A stretch of 64,000 nt of DNA from the human T2T-CHM13v2.0 reference genome, Homo sapiens. The stretch lies in the NCBI RefSeq assembly GCF_009914755.1, contig NC_060929.1; one strand, given 5' to 3'. Under the pieces are notes generated by a model that was not told the DNA's origin, did not search any database, and saw only the letters and a program-made list of their open reading frames with translations. The position numbers were made by a program, and so were the translations under genes. Shown piece by piece: positions 27,496 through 41,248 of the stretch. The first letter of the stretch is position 1. Every line of letters begins with the position of its first letter.

Positions 27496-28420
27496 TTTTC
27501 CTGCTTGTGTGTGCGTGTGTCTGTATGTACGTGCACATGCACGTGAGGATGTGTTTTTCCTGCTTGTATATGTGTGTGCACACACATCAGCATGTTTTTC
27601 CTGCGTGTATATGCATGTGCATGCACATCAGCATGTGTGCTTTTCCTGCATGTGTGTACACAAACATGCATGTGAACCTGTTTTTCCTGTGTGTATATGT
27701 GTGTGTACGCACATGAGCATGTTTTTCCTGCATGTTTATGTGTGTGTACGCACATGAGCATGTGTTTTTCCTCTGTGTGTGTACGCACATGAGCATGTGT
27801 GTTTTTCCTGCATGTTTGTGTGTGTACGCACGTGAGCATGTGTTTTTCCTGCGTGTTTATGTGTGTGTACGCACGTGAGCATGTGTTTTTCCTGTATATG
27901 TGTATGCACATGAGCATGTGTTTTTCCTGCATGTTTGTGTGTGTACGCACGTGAGCATGTGTTTTTCCTGTATGTGTGTACACACGTGAGCATGTGTGTT
28001 TTTCCTGTGTGTATATGTGTGCGCACGCACATGAGCATGTTTTTCTTGTGTGTTTATTTATGTGTACGCACGTGAGCATGTGTTTTTCCTGCATGTTTGT
28101 GTGTATGCACATGAGCATGTGTGTTTTTCCTGTGTGTATATGTGTGTGCATGCACATGAGCATGTTTTTCCTGCGTGTTTGTGGGTGTGTATGCACGTGA
28201 GCATGTGTGTTTTTCCTGTGTGTATATGTGTGCACACACATGATCATGTGTGTTTTTCCTGTGTGTTTGTGTGTGCACACACGTGAGCATGTGTTTTTCC
28301 TGTGTGTATGTGTGTACGCACGTGAGCATGTGTTTTTCCTGTGTGTATATGTGTGTGCACGCACATGAGCATGTGTTTTTCCTGCATATGTGTGCACACA
28401 TGTGAGCATGTGTGTGTTTT
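27496..28420. repeat. Degenerate ~40-bp TG/CA-rich minisatellite, about 22 units
   Basis: Recurring anchor GAGCATGTGTTTTTCCTG followed by (TG)n and GCAC[A/G]T. Confidence 0.92.
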
Positions 28421-28751
28421 ACCCTATTATTCCATATCTCTTTCCTTGCTCTTTTTTTTAAGTGTTAAAGACTTTTACTTTCAGACTATTTTAGAGGAGT
28501 CATTTCATTAAACCTTTTGGAATCCCACTGAAGCCGCAGGGCCCAAGGTTAAGCTGTGCTCTTCCCTTAGGAATTGACAGTCGTGGCGACTGCTGTCTTT
28601 AGTACATTACCAGGAAGTTTCCAAGTGGCAGTTCTACAAGATGAGCCCTTGAAGAAGCCAATCCTGTTTTCTATCTTTTGCTTTCAACATACGAGGTGAA
28701 CTTTTACCTTTCTCCATTTAATATAAACCAAAATCCGTCTTTTAAAAAAAT

Positions 28752-29112
28752 GTTTATTTTTAACTTTTATTTTAGATTCAGGGGTACATGTGCAGGCTTG
28801 TTATATAGATAAACTCATGTCACAGGGGGTTGGTGTACAGATTATTTCTTCACCAAGGTACTAAGCATAGTACCCAATAGGTATTTTTTCTGATCCTTTT
28901 CCTCCTCCCAGCCTCCACCTTCAAGTAGGTCCTAGTGTCTGTTGTTCCTCTCTTTGTGTCCATGTATTCTTACTGTTTAGCTCCCACTTGTAAGTGAGAA
29001 CATGGGTAGTTGGTTTTCTGTTCATGCATTAGTTTGCTAAGGATAACGGCCTCCAGCTCTGTCTATGTTGTTGCAAAGGACACGATCTTTCTTTTTTATG
29101 ACTGCATAGTAT
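28752..29112 (-). mobile_element. L1P (old L1PA/L1PB) 3' end
   Basis: ttttattttagattcaggggtacatgtgcagg...ttagctcccacttgtaagtgagaacatg...ttttatgactgcatagta. Confidence 0.88.
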
Positions 29113-29842
29113 ACTCTGAAAGGGGAGAGTGTTGGGAGGAGAGTGAGCTTGTGTCAAAGGAGCTCCAGGTCATGCTCTGCCCGCAGAGTTCAAGAAATAA
29201 AATGTCACCCTAAGGAAAGGCAGGCAGGCTGTGAGAACATGGGCACGATCTGCAGGTATTTGAAGACTTGCCACGGCAAAGAGGAATTACACTTTGGCCA
29301 ACCGCAGTGAGAGACTGTGGCTGCTCTCCAAATGACCTGAGGGTGGGGGAGCAGCATTTCCCAAACTTGACACCCCTGGGTAACAACTTTTGTTGAAGAG
29401 AGTGTCTTACCTTGCGGGGATGTTGGGCAATGGAAAGAAAATAAAAAAAACCCCAAAGTCAAATTCTTCTTTTAGACTTGATACTGTTTGGTTAGTTTAA
29501 GTCCATGGTGTTCCGTCTGTGAGCTTTGGCCCCAGGTTAGTCACGTCCATCTTCTGTCCTACTTGGGTGTCATCGCCACATCCCCTGTGCCTTATCTGTA
29601 CTCAGTCTCGCACCTCTGCAGGGCATCTACCCTCTGGTGCTGGAGTGTCCACGCACTGTCCCATCTTAACGTGCATAGCTGCCCTGAATATGCCCCTGTG
29701 TTTCTTCTGCTTTTTCCTCCTTTCTTACATGTAATACATTTGCATGGATAATTACTTCATGATGCTAACTTTGGTTTGCCCTCTGTTCCTCCCCACCTCC
29801 ACCCCATACATCCTTCATAAATTTTCTTTGATCATATTAAGG

Positions 29843-30184
29843 CGGCGGTCCCCAGGGACCGGTTTTGTGGAAGACGATTTTTCCACAGACCAGCGGTGTT
29901 GGTGGGGGCAGGGATGGTTTTAGGGTGAAACTGATCTGCCTCAGATCATCAGGCGTTAGTTAGATTCTCATCCCGTAAGGAGTGCACAACCTGGATTCCT
30001 CGCATGCACAATTCACAGTAGGGTTCACAGTCCTGTGAGAATCTAATGCCGCTGCTGATCTGACAGGAGGCTGAACTCAGGTGTTAATGACCACTTGCCT
30101 GCTGCTCACCTCCCACTGTGCAGCCCAGCTCCTAACAAGCCACAGATCAGTACTGGTCCGCAGCCCACACATTGGTGACCCCTG
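29843..30184 (+). mobile_element. MER1B (hAT-Charlie MITE)
   Basis: TIR-like ends cggcggtcccc...ggtgacccctg, MER1 internal motifs, perfect 8-bp TSD TATTAAGG at 29835-29842 and 30185-30192. Confidence 0.9.
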
Positions 30185-32301
30185 TATTAAGGGATCTTTT
30201 ACTCCACCTACCCAAGAATGAAAAGGTGCTTCCCGGACTCTACTCTTTCTTATCAGGGCAGCAGGCATGTGGACCCACAGTACAGTTCGTCATTTCAGAC
30301 AGAGGAACATGCTGCACGTGGATGAGGCAGTTCTGTTTTTATCCCTGGTTTTTATACCTGAAACTGTGTCACATTTTATGTGCATAGTGGTTGTCCTCTG
30401 AGATTCCACCTGCAAGTTGCCATTGAAACTCCTACTTCTGCTTCTGACTTGCAGCAGCTCTGGGAAGCTGTGGCTTTCATACTTCCCCTGCTGGCCCTAT
30501 GGCTCGCCCATTCCCACAAGTACCCAGATGATTGTCTTTGTCAAAAACAAGAGTAGGGAAACAGATACCAATGGCAACAGCTTCTGTTCACCAAGTGCTT
30601 ATAGAAGTTGAATACTTCACACGTGGATTCTCACTCCGGCTTCCCAGTTAGAGAAGATGCATGTAGTAAAATGCTTTCATTACATACAGGAGAAAACTGA
30701 AGATAGAGTGCTCCAAGAATTTCCCAAGGCCACACATAGGATAAGGACCCCAGGAGATGTGTTGGGCCCCTCCTTCCATACCCCACCTCCAGACGGACAC
30801 CGATTTTAGCCTGGGTTCAAACTGCATCAGCTTGTACCCCACTGGGGAGCACAGAGAGGTTGCAGCTGTAACAATTCCCAGCTTAGGGCCCTGATCCTAC
30901 TTTCGACTTAACTGGAGGCTTGGTCCTTTCCGAGGGTCCACCACCCCAGCCAGGTCCTCTAGGCATCCTCTGTGGCGGGGTCTCCCTTTCCAGGTAGTGA
31001 GGAGGGGCCTTTTCATCTCAAAAGCTAGCTTTTCAAGGGGATTTCTTCCAGCAGAGCTGTGGGGCCCATAGAGGCTTGTGGGAGGCTTCCCACATCTTAA
31101 TCACTCGGGTTTTCACCACAGAACTCCATGTCCCTTCCTAGTCATCCTTCTGTGTGGATCCTGGTCCATGAGCCGGGCCCTGTACACACCTGCAGCCCAC
31201 TTGTGGGCTGAGTTCAGGTCCTCTTCCACCCAGCCCTCTGGCCTGCAGATCCCCTGGGCACCTCTCAGCACTAGAGATGGCCAGCAATAGCTCTGATGGC
31301 CTCCAGGGGGCAGCCTTGCCTAACCCTGTGGCTGCCAGACCTGCTTCTGTTTCTCAGTAGAATCCAGACTGCTGTGAACTTCCATAGGACACAACTCTCT
31401 TGCTGCTGGGCAAAGATTTATCTTTTTATTATAAATTTGCAGCATGCCCAGAAGTACAATTTTTCCTCTTAGGAGTTTATGGTAAGAATTTTATAGGCAT
31501 CCTAGAGGTTTTTTCTCATTGCTTTATTCAGGGATATTTTAGGCATCATGTACACCATTTTAAAAACTTAAAAACAGACTTTCCTTGAGTGATGTTTCAT
31601 TATGATGTGTGCCCATTCATCCCCAGTTGATATTAGAAGTGACCTTTATCTAAGACTTTTTTCTCCAAATTGAATGAGAATATTTCCTGTAGGACCAGAC
31701 AGAAAAATTCCGAAGGGGCAAATATTTTAAATGGTTAAAATGTAGCCTTGCTCCTTCTGCCTCATTTAGTTTGGTCCTTTTTTAATGTCATGATCCCAGG
31801 ATCAGTTCCTTCACGGTCTCCTCAGTACCCGCGCTGGTTTCACCAGCCAGCGGGAGGATGAGCACATCCAGTGTGCGGTAAAATATCCAGGATGTTGCGG
31901 GGAATACGCTAGTTTTTGGGTTTTTTTTTTTTAACTACCAGGTGGAAGGGAAAACGTTTGACCCCTAAAGATTCATGGCGCTTCCCCTAGAATTGAGAGG
32001 AAGTGATTTCTATAGACTCTAACAGACTAATTCTAGCACGTTTTCCTCATACTGTACTATTTTTAGGAGTAAAAAGATTTAAATGTGGGATGATGTTAAG
32101 TTTACTAGACCAAGTGACATATTTTGAACAATTGGTAGGAACCCGAATGTGTTTTGAAAAATATCTAGAGAAGGAAGATTTTAAAACTGTGATCTTTCTT
32201 ATTATTAGAAGAGTTTTTCTTAGAACAAAAACAGTAACAGTGGCTAGCATTTACTTATTTCTTCACTCTGCATTGTCTTCTCATTGAAACTTCTAAGCAA
32301 C

Positions 32302-32593
32302 TTTTTTTTTTTTTTTTTTTTTGAGACTGAGTCACCCAGGCTGGAGTGCAGTGGCATGATCTCAGTTCACTGCACCCTCTGCCTCCCAATTCAAGCGATT
32401 CTCCTGCCTCAGCCTCCCAAGTAGCTGGGACTACATGTGTGTGCCACCACGCCCAGCTATTTTTTTGTATTTTTAGTAGAGACAGGGTTTCACTATATTG
32501 GCCAGGCTGGTCTCAAACTCCTGACCTCAGGTGATCTGCCCGCCTCGACCTCTGAGTGCTGGGAAATACAGGCGTGAACCACCACACCCAGCC
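32302..32593 (-). mobile_element. AluS
   Basis: Poly(T) followed by reverse Alu; TSD AAGCAACTTTT on both sides. Confidence 0.92.
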
Positions 32594-35409
32594 CCAAGCA
32601 ACTTTTTGAGGCAGGCATTATTACCATGCCCATTTTATAGATGAGAAAACAGAGCTGGATCCAGGTAACTTGTCAAAGTTACACCCTAGGAAGTGTTAAG
32701 TCAGTGCTTGAACGCAAGCAGTCTGGCTTTGCAACCTACACTCTTAGTCATTATTGTCTATTACCTCCTATGAGAAGTGTTTGATTTGAATGATCGTTTA
32801 TGGAAGAAGCACTAATAGTAACTCTTAGGCTGTTGCAGTGGAGTTGCATAGAAGCACAGCTATGTATCGTGCATCCGGCCAGTTCTGAGTCATTTTTCAT
32901 CTTCTCTTCACCGGAGTGTAAAAATGAGACTTGGTAAAATCGTTTTGTATCTTAAGTGTTATTTTTGGTAGTATTTGCTGGAGAAGAGGAATTTTGCAGA
33001 GGTCCCCACCCAAATGGCCAGCCTGCCCCCCTTCCTGTACCACGAGTTGGGTCCTTGAGTGAGGCCTCACAGTGAGTCAGGGGACAGGCTGCTGATCTCC
33101 CAGTTCAGGGCCCAGACATCCCCGAGCTTCGGCTGGCAGGGCTTCAGGGAGAGGGCCCAGCGGTGCTGGGGGCCTGACCCCTACTGTCTGAACAGGGCTG
33201 GGAGGGTGGTTGGGACACCTGTATTTCAGGGCCCTGTTACGAGGTGTGTCCTGTCCAGGGTATGTGGATTCTCTTCTGCTGTCTTGATTAATTTTGTTCT
33301 GTTTTGCTGATTTTGCTGTTTTTCTAGTAGGCTTTTTTTAAAAAAGCGTTTTTGTTTTCTCAACAGATTTAAAAGAAGAGATATTAATTTCTATTAGTGG
33401 CATAAGAACCTAGCTAAAGGGGAGTGCAGCTACAGCCAGAGGCCTCCATTGGCTCCTGCCAGCAGGGGACCTGGTTTCTCAGTGCCCAGAAGGGCAGCTT
33501 GTCACTGAGTGACCCGGACGCCCTCCTGCTGCGCTGCAGGTTCAATATTTGGGTCAGAGTTGGCTCCTTTACCTTTATTTTCAGCTACATTTCTTCCAAT
33601 TTGATTGGAGTGAGAGAAGAGCAATGGGCTGCAGGATTGTAGAGTGTCAGCTGTTTTCTGAGGACCTTTTTCAGATGTACATTTGCTTAAATCATTCACT
33701 TCTGCTCCAAGTTTGAACATAAAGTGCAGAGGCAGCACCGTTGGTAGCATCTTGGCAGTGGGACAGAGTAATAAGCTAACTATGCAGAGTCCCCTGTTGA
33801 TTCCTTAAGTGTTCTCCATTTTTTGTCCATTGATTAGTACTATAGTTATCACAGGCAGGGGACCCGGGAATACTCCATTTCCTAGGTCCCATTGGACAGT
33901 GACAAGGGTGAGGGCAGCTTCAGTGAAGCAAATGTATTCAGGCAGAAGATACAGTTGAGATTTTTGAGAGAAAGGAGTGAAATAAATGGTTTATTTTCTT
34001 TGTGAGCAGAATCAGTGCAGTTGCACAGCACCGCTTTTTCATCAGCGTCCAACTGAGGAGAGGAAGTTGGAAGGTGGGAGGCTGCAGTGGCTCCGTGCGA
34101 CTCAAAGGGTTTGCTTTGGGAGTGAGTGGGCACCCTCTGTGTGTGGCCAGTTGCTCACCCCACCCCACCACCTGCATGTGGAAGGCAGGTTACCATCTTA
34201 AGTAGAAATGTCCATGGATTGGATAATGTCATGGATGTTTTTGATTAAATATTTTGACTCTTTCATGAAACATTACAGCCTTGTTCTGGTAAATGGTTAG
34301 TTATAGCTCAGCGCAGCCAAGTTGGCACATACTTGGTTTGTTAGAGCAAATCTTGCCTGTTCAGTTAATTTAAGTCCATCCTTATAACCAGGGTAATAAT
34401 TTTGTCCAGAGCGTTGCTGTTGACGTGAAGCCCTCTGCTGTGTCCTCTTTCATCTGCTCCTCGTAGTGACGCCTTTAGGTGGCATTGATATTCCTAGGAT
34501 CCCTGTTTTAGCAAACTGAGTCTCTGAGAAATTTAAGTGATCTTTTAGGTCACACAGCTAATGCTTTGTAAAGCATTTCCTAAATCCAGATCGCCTTACT
34601 CTAAATCTTATAATACTGTTACTACTATGCCATGTGACTTGGCAACTTGGAATGTTTTTCATGGGAAATGTTAGTGCAAATTGGAAGAGTCCTTCATGCT
34701 ATGATCTTTCCTATTTATAAATGCAACTGCCATGTTCATGAGAATTTAGAGGAAAACAAAAGAACAAGAAAGCATCTTATTGATGATAAAGCCTTTATAG
34801 ATGGTGCAGAGCATCAGTTCAGATTTGATGAATTGGTGCGTGGCATTTTCATGTGGAATTAAATACTGATGCCAACTGTGGCTGAGTATTCTTTCTGATA
34901 CCAGCTTTTGGGCATAGTACTTCATCACCTGGGGCTTCTCTTCCTTAATCTATAAAATGAAAATTTTGAACTAGCTTATCTCTAAAACTCCATTGATTAA
35001 AATTCTTGAACTGTATGAAATTTGATAACTTAGACACAAAAAATAGGTAGATAATATGAGAAAAGTTAACAAATGTTTTATTTACTTTAATATTTTCAGT
35101 AAAATTAATTCTTAGGACCCTGGGTAACAGGATTGAAAAATAACTTCTTTGCCAGCACTTTTCTTATTTTAAAATTGGCCTGCTATATTTTAAATGTGTA
35201 CTGACCTGCAAATAACAATAAAAGTATATTTTATGTATGTAAATATTGCTCAGTGAACAAATTGTAGTATGGAATTGATACTAAGATTTTCTGTGTTAAA
35301 AATGGAAGTCAGTTTCCCTATGCATATTTCAGAGAAACAAAGTCATCTGGTAATAGTGTGTTTTTGAAGATATGTTTGACAGCAAAAGAACACTTAAAAG
35401 CTTAGCTTG

Positions 35410-36150
35410 GATTTGCCATCATTAGTAATTAGGGAATTGGAAATTGAAACCATAGTGAGATATACCACTCATTTAGAATGGCTTAAGTTAAAAAGACTGA
35501 CCACATCAGTTATTGGTGAGGAAGTGGAGGAATTGAAACTCTCATACGCTGCTGGTGGGAAGGTAAAAATGATACACCACTTTGGAAAAGCTTGGCAGTT
35601 TCTTAAGTTAAGCATACACCTGCCATATGATCCAGCCATTCTACACCTAGGTATTTATCTAAAAGGAAGGAAATCATAAGTTCATACAGAGGTTGTGCCC
35701 AAATGTTTACAGCAGCTTTATTTGTAGTGGCTCCAAACTGGAAATAACCGAGATGCCCACCAGCAGATGAAGGGATCAATTGTGGTTTCACACATGCAGG
35801 GACTGCTATTCGACAGTGGAAAGGAACGAACCCTTGATACACACAGTAGTATGGATAAATCTCAGGGTAATTATGCTGAATGAAAGAAGCTGGACAGAAA
35901 AAAAAAAGAGTACATACTGTCCCATTCCAGTTCTAGAAATTATTTTAGAAAATGCAAGGTAATCTCCAGTGGCTGAGAGCAGGTGAGTGCCAGGGAGGGA
36001 GCATGACAGAGGGCATCAGCCAGCTTTGAGGTGAGGGAGAGGCTCACGGTGAAGTGGGTATAGACAAATGTCAGAACTCACATTGGACACTTTACATTTG
36101 TGCAGCTTATAGTATGTCAGTTAGTCCTCAGTAAAGCCGTTTTGTAAAAA
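35410..36150 (+). mobile_element. Old L1M ORF2 end and 3' UTR fragment
   Basis: ccatcattagtaattagggaa...catatgatccagccattctacacctaggtatttatc...acagcagctttatttgtagtggctccaaactggaaa. Confidence 0.82.
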
Positions 36151-37209
36151 GCTTGGCTTGGAAACAGAAGACCACATGCACACACAGTTTCTTTCTGCAA
36201 GTGCAGTTTTGACTTATGAGTCTTGAGGCAGCAGGCGTTGCACAGGGTATCAAGCGGGAGGTCCCGACTTGCCCCATCTCACCAGCTGAGCCGGCTGTCC
36301 CCACTAGACATACAGAAGATGCGTGAGCTGACTCTTAGTCCCTGAGGAGGCTGAAAGCATTTTCTCTACATACAAGCCACCAGGGCCCATTTAATGTAAT
36401 TAATTGTCTTTTTCAGTTCCGTGAATAGTACCCCAGAGATCTGCAGGAGTTAATGGACTTTCAGGAAGTAGGCTCTGCTCCCTGGCTCCCACCTGGCCCA
36501 AAGTCATTCTTGCCACTCTCATTCCAGGGTGTCTTTACTCATCTAGGTCTCCAGCAGCCTGTTTTATGGTGGTGGCAGTGGAGGTGTCTGCGTCTTTTCA
36601 GCATGCACACTCTTTCCGTTGAAGGCCCGAACTGTTGGCAGCCTGATTGTGGGGCCTGGGCTCGTGCCGTCACCTCCCTAGCTCCACACCCTGGTCCCTG
36701 GCCAGGCTCGGTGGTGAATTCCTCTCATCACATTGTGCACTTCCTTCTGTGTGCTTCCGGGGGAAATCGGTGGTTTAATAATGAAAAATTGAAATACAAG
36801 TGTCCACCTGCTAAGTAAGAGCCCGAGACATATCAGCAGATGTTTCTGCGAACTGAGGGTCTTTTCTTATTTCCACTGCAGTCTGGATTGAGCCTCGGGA
36901 GAATGGGAAAGAGCAGCTTCCCTTCCCTTTCCTTTTTCTCTTTTGTGACAGTGCTGCCCGCCGTTCGCCTGTTTATTTTCCTCCCTGCGGCGGTGGCATG
37001 CTGCTTTTGTTGTGCATGTGTTCCGCTGGCAGTGGGACTGGATGCCCCTCCCTCCCGTCCTTCCTTCCTTCCCTCCGGGAGTGGTCTGTCACCAGTCCCC
37101 TCCCAGGGCAAGTCACACACCGTCTCCACTGGGGCCCCTTGGACACCGGGCGGCCCACCTGGTGGTGCAGCCAGGCCGGCCGGCCTCACCCCCCTCTCCC
37201 CTTCCCCAG

Positions 37210-37379
37210 CTGTGGACGTGGCTGGAGGAGCTGCAGAAGGAGCTGCTGGACGACGTGTATGCCGAGTCGGTGGAGGCCGTGCAGGACCTCATCAAGCGCT
37301 TTGGCCAGCAGCAGCAGACCACCCTGCAGGTGACTGTCAACGTGATCAAGGAAGGGGAGGACCTCATCCAGCAGCTCAG
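37210..37379 (+). CDS. TRIO: TRIO coding exon (probably exon 12)
   Basis: ccccAG|CTG and CAG|GTgggc; 170 nt, phase 0-2; [56 protein letters not shown](R). Confidence 0.96.
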
Positions 37380-38387
37380 GTGGGCCTCACCCCTCTCCTG
37401 GTCCGAACAGATTCTGAAACCCTGCCTGTGACTCCCCTTCCCCTTTTACTCTTGTGAGTGGTCAGCTCTGCTTCTCTGTCCAGCTGAGTGCAGAGCTAGT
37501 AGTGTCTGTGAAGGCAAAGGAGAGAGAAACGGCTCTCTTCTCTCTTTTCCTTTCCCCTCCCTTCTCTCCCTCCTTACAGTTTAACTTCATAATAGTTTTC
37601 ATTATAACATCGACTAATAAACCACATAATTTAATTTTAATATTTTCTCTTAACATCCAACTAGTAATTATTGACACTTCTTTATAAACCAGATTAATGT
37701 GAGCTTCCAAGGATTGCGCCCTCAGGCTGATCTAGAGCACAGCAGTATTCACCTCCCAACGTCCAGATTCAGTCAGGCCTGCATGGGGCGGACACCCACC
37801 CCCAAGTGCTCTTCAAAGCAGGATATGGAGGCAGAGCCAGGATTGGTTTTGTTTCCTCTGGAAGCAAATTTTTTTTATTGGGTCAGGGGGACCATTTAAC
37901 CCCCTACTGTATCACTCAGGAAAATTTATCAAATCGTTGACTGATAACTTTACGTGACGTTCACTTTGCTGAGAGAGGCAGGCAGCAGTTACTTAATAAA
38001 GGCTTAATTGATTGCATTAAAGGTTAACCTCTCGTGTCCAATATGACTCTGTCATTTATACTAACCAGGTATCATCCATTTTTTACTTAAGAAGAAAAGT
38101 GGCTAAAAATACAACTCTAAAGTAATTTTCTATAATTATTAGCCTTCTTACCAAGTGATTTCAGAAAATGCCAGAGAAATTCTTCAATGTATCCTCAGAT
38201 TCAGCAGGATTGCCCCGAGGAGGAAGCCTAATATTGTTTTGCAGGAGAGCAGCCCGTTCCATTTTCTGAGACAAGCAGTGCAGCTTCCTGCCAGCTTTCT
38301 TCCCCTGAAGATTTGCGTGGCCGGATCTGGTATCTAACAATGTGTGACTTTCTCATCCAATTCCTGTTCCTCTGTGTGCTCTCGCAG

Positions 38388-38562
38388 GGACTCTGCCATC
38401 TCCAGTAACAAGACCCCCCACAACAGCTCCATCAACCACATTGAGACGGTGCTGCAGCAGCTGGACGAGGCGCAGTCGCAGATGGAGGAGCTCTTCCAGG
38501 AGCGCAAGATCAAGCTGGAGCTCTTCCTGCAGCTGCGCATCTTCGAGAGGGACGCCATCGAC
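38388..38562 (+). CDS. TRIO: TRIO coding exon (probably exon 13)
   Basis: tcgcAG|G and GAC|GTgagt; 175 nt, phase 2-0; [58 protein letters not shown]. Confidence 0.96.
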
Positions 38563-40865
38563 GTGAGTGTCCCGCGGCTGGCGCCTGCCTGCCTGTGGGA
38601 GCCCTTGGCTTCCTCCACAGCACCGGCGCCCTCTTGTCTCTGCCCTGCTGAGGTCCTGTGTCCTCACCCACACCCCAACCCTCTGCACCAGGAGGGGGTG
38701 TGGGAGGGAGAGAGGGTCCCTGGAGGCTGGAATTGGATCATCCCTGGGAGGCTGGGGTATGCTCAGCCCTGGACCCTAATGTTGGAAACTATAGAGCAGG
38801 CAGCTCGCGTGGCAGGAGCAGAGCACAGCAAGCGCTGAGCGGAACAGAAGGAAGCCAGCACAGCTTTCTCTCGGCCTTGGGGTGTTAAAACCTCGATTGG
38901 GTTGCACACAGCACTCCCTTGTCCTCAGCTTAGGCACAGGCATCAGCTTCAGGCAGCAAGTCTTCCTCTCTTCCTCCCTGTCGTCTTCTCATCCTTCCCA
39001 CTCTCCTCCTGTCCTCACCCTCCCCTTTTCTCTCTCTCTCCACCTTCTCTCTCTCCTACCTTTTCTCTTCCTTGCTTCCTCCCTTTCTCTTTCCATCTTT
39101 CTCTCTCTTGCCCTTCTCTCTTCTAGAGTGGGAATAATCCTGACTTGTGGTCGTAGCATTTTAGGTAACAAAAAACACAATTTCCCCCCACAAAGAGGTG
39201 TTCTTAGATTATCCATGATTCTTACCTAAACGTGGACTTTTGCATCTTATATGTGAACAGGAGAAAGAATTTACAGGTGTCTTTTATCTTTCTTCAACAA
39301 AAAGAGAGTGGTTCTGGGTTCTGTGCTTAGGAGGAGCTCTCTTTTTTGATACCATGCGAGCAGAAGTCAGTCCAATCACATGAGCACGAATTTACCTGGG
39401 AACGTGACGTAAGGAGCCTAAGCTCCCCTCAGTGGTGAGCCTGCTCTCCTGGAGTCTAGCCGCTTCTTACAGCTGGTGGCTGTGACAGCCCGAAGGCCTC
39501 CTCCACATACCTCTGGGCTGCCCTGTGGGTCCTCTGTGATGGACACCTGTAGAGCACACCCTCTCAATATTTATTTCTTGTCTCTGGTTTAGAATTCATC
39601 AGCAGTCCTTGGCACTCAGGCTGGGGATGGCAGGGCTGTGCGTAGCCTGCCCTCAGTCACCTCGGTACAGGAGGGACCTTCTGCCCATAGTGGGCCGTGT
39701 GGCTTCCCCTGGGCCTGTCTATAGGCCTGCCCTGGGGAGTGGTTTTGGTTTGTGGTGCAAGGGCCAGACCAGCCCTGCGCAGGACTCTCCTGGATGCCTT
39801 TGCTTGGCCACTTGTCTAAGTCTCCGGCACTGTTTTCGTTAACAACAGACCTTCTTGGCTCTGCTCATTCTCATCATTAGTGAATAACAAGAAAGGAGTC
39901 AAACCCTAAACATGTGGCATGGTGAAACCTCTTCAGATGCTCTCAAAGTCTTGACATTTAGATCCACATGGAGCCATGTGGAGAAGAGGCACCTGCACGC
40001 CGACCTCTGCCCCGTGAGGGCCTGCCATGTCCTCCCCAAGGTAGCAGCACAGAATAAACGGGAGGCCAGCCACGCCTACTTTCCTCTCTGACTTCAAAGG
40101 ACTCGCTTTTGTAAAACTTAGCTGCATATTGAATATTTTCAACTAGAAAACACAAACCAACCAGAAGCATTAGTTGCAGTTTTTCTTCCAGGACATTTTG
40201 ATACTTGAAAAAAAAAATCGATTCGTTTATCTTAATACTATAAAGAGAAAAAAATTTTTAATATTTAAAAAATTGTATTTATCGTAAGTATATGAAAGTA
40301 CTTCCGCTTTCATTGAACCAGATTAGGAAACAAAAACATACATTTTTCCCCCAACAAAGCCACGAAATTACAAGTGCCCTAGTTAGAGCCAGCGTGCCAC
40401 AGCCTGGGGGAGCTCATCCTGAGCAGAGGAAGCTGTACCTGCAGCCCAGTCTCAGGCCAGCTTCAGATATGGTTCAGAAGCTGTTAGAAGATCACAGCCT
40501 GAGAACCTCTGTTCTCTTTAATCCTGAAAAATGAAAATCTGAGCAGTTCAGGCTTTGGCCAGGTTTCCTCTGTTATCCAGGAAGATGCCACATCTGACGG
40601 CCCATAGGAGTATGGAGTTATGTCGATGGTAGAATTGATCTGTTACCCGGTTAATTTATTTTAAGTCCCTCATATCTCTTGTGTTTCAATTGGAGTAGCG
40701 TCTCCATCTCAGATGTGGATGGAGGTCCAGTGTGGACAGTCCTCCTGTGGAGAAGGTGCATAGGATCCACGGAAAATGTCACTCCACTGAAGTGGGTGGT
40801 GTCGTCATCTCTCGCAAGAAGCTTTTCCTGCTTTTTAGATTTTATAATCTTTTTAAAGTTTATTA

Positions 40866-41248
<383 letters not shown>

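Noticed and set aside
27423-28409. 328-aa His/Thr/Cys-rich ORF resembling a metal-binding protein
   Set aside because: Translation of the CA/TG minisatellite; no zinc-finger spacing
35407-35679. ORF resembling the L1 ORF2p C-terminus
   Set aside because: Short, degenerate fossil of an old L1M; not an intact gene
38960-39125. Long polypyrimidine tracts (also 60400-60560) and short (GA)n/(GT)n runs at about 710, 2850, 12218, 51285 and 53880
   Set aside because: Common low-complexity intronic sequence with no adjacent supportable exon
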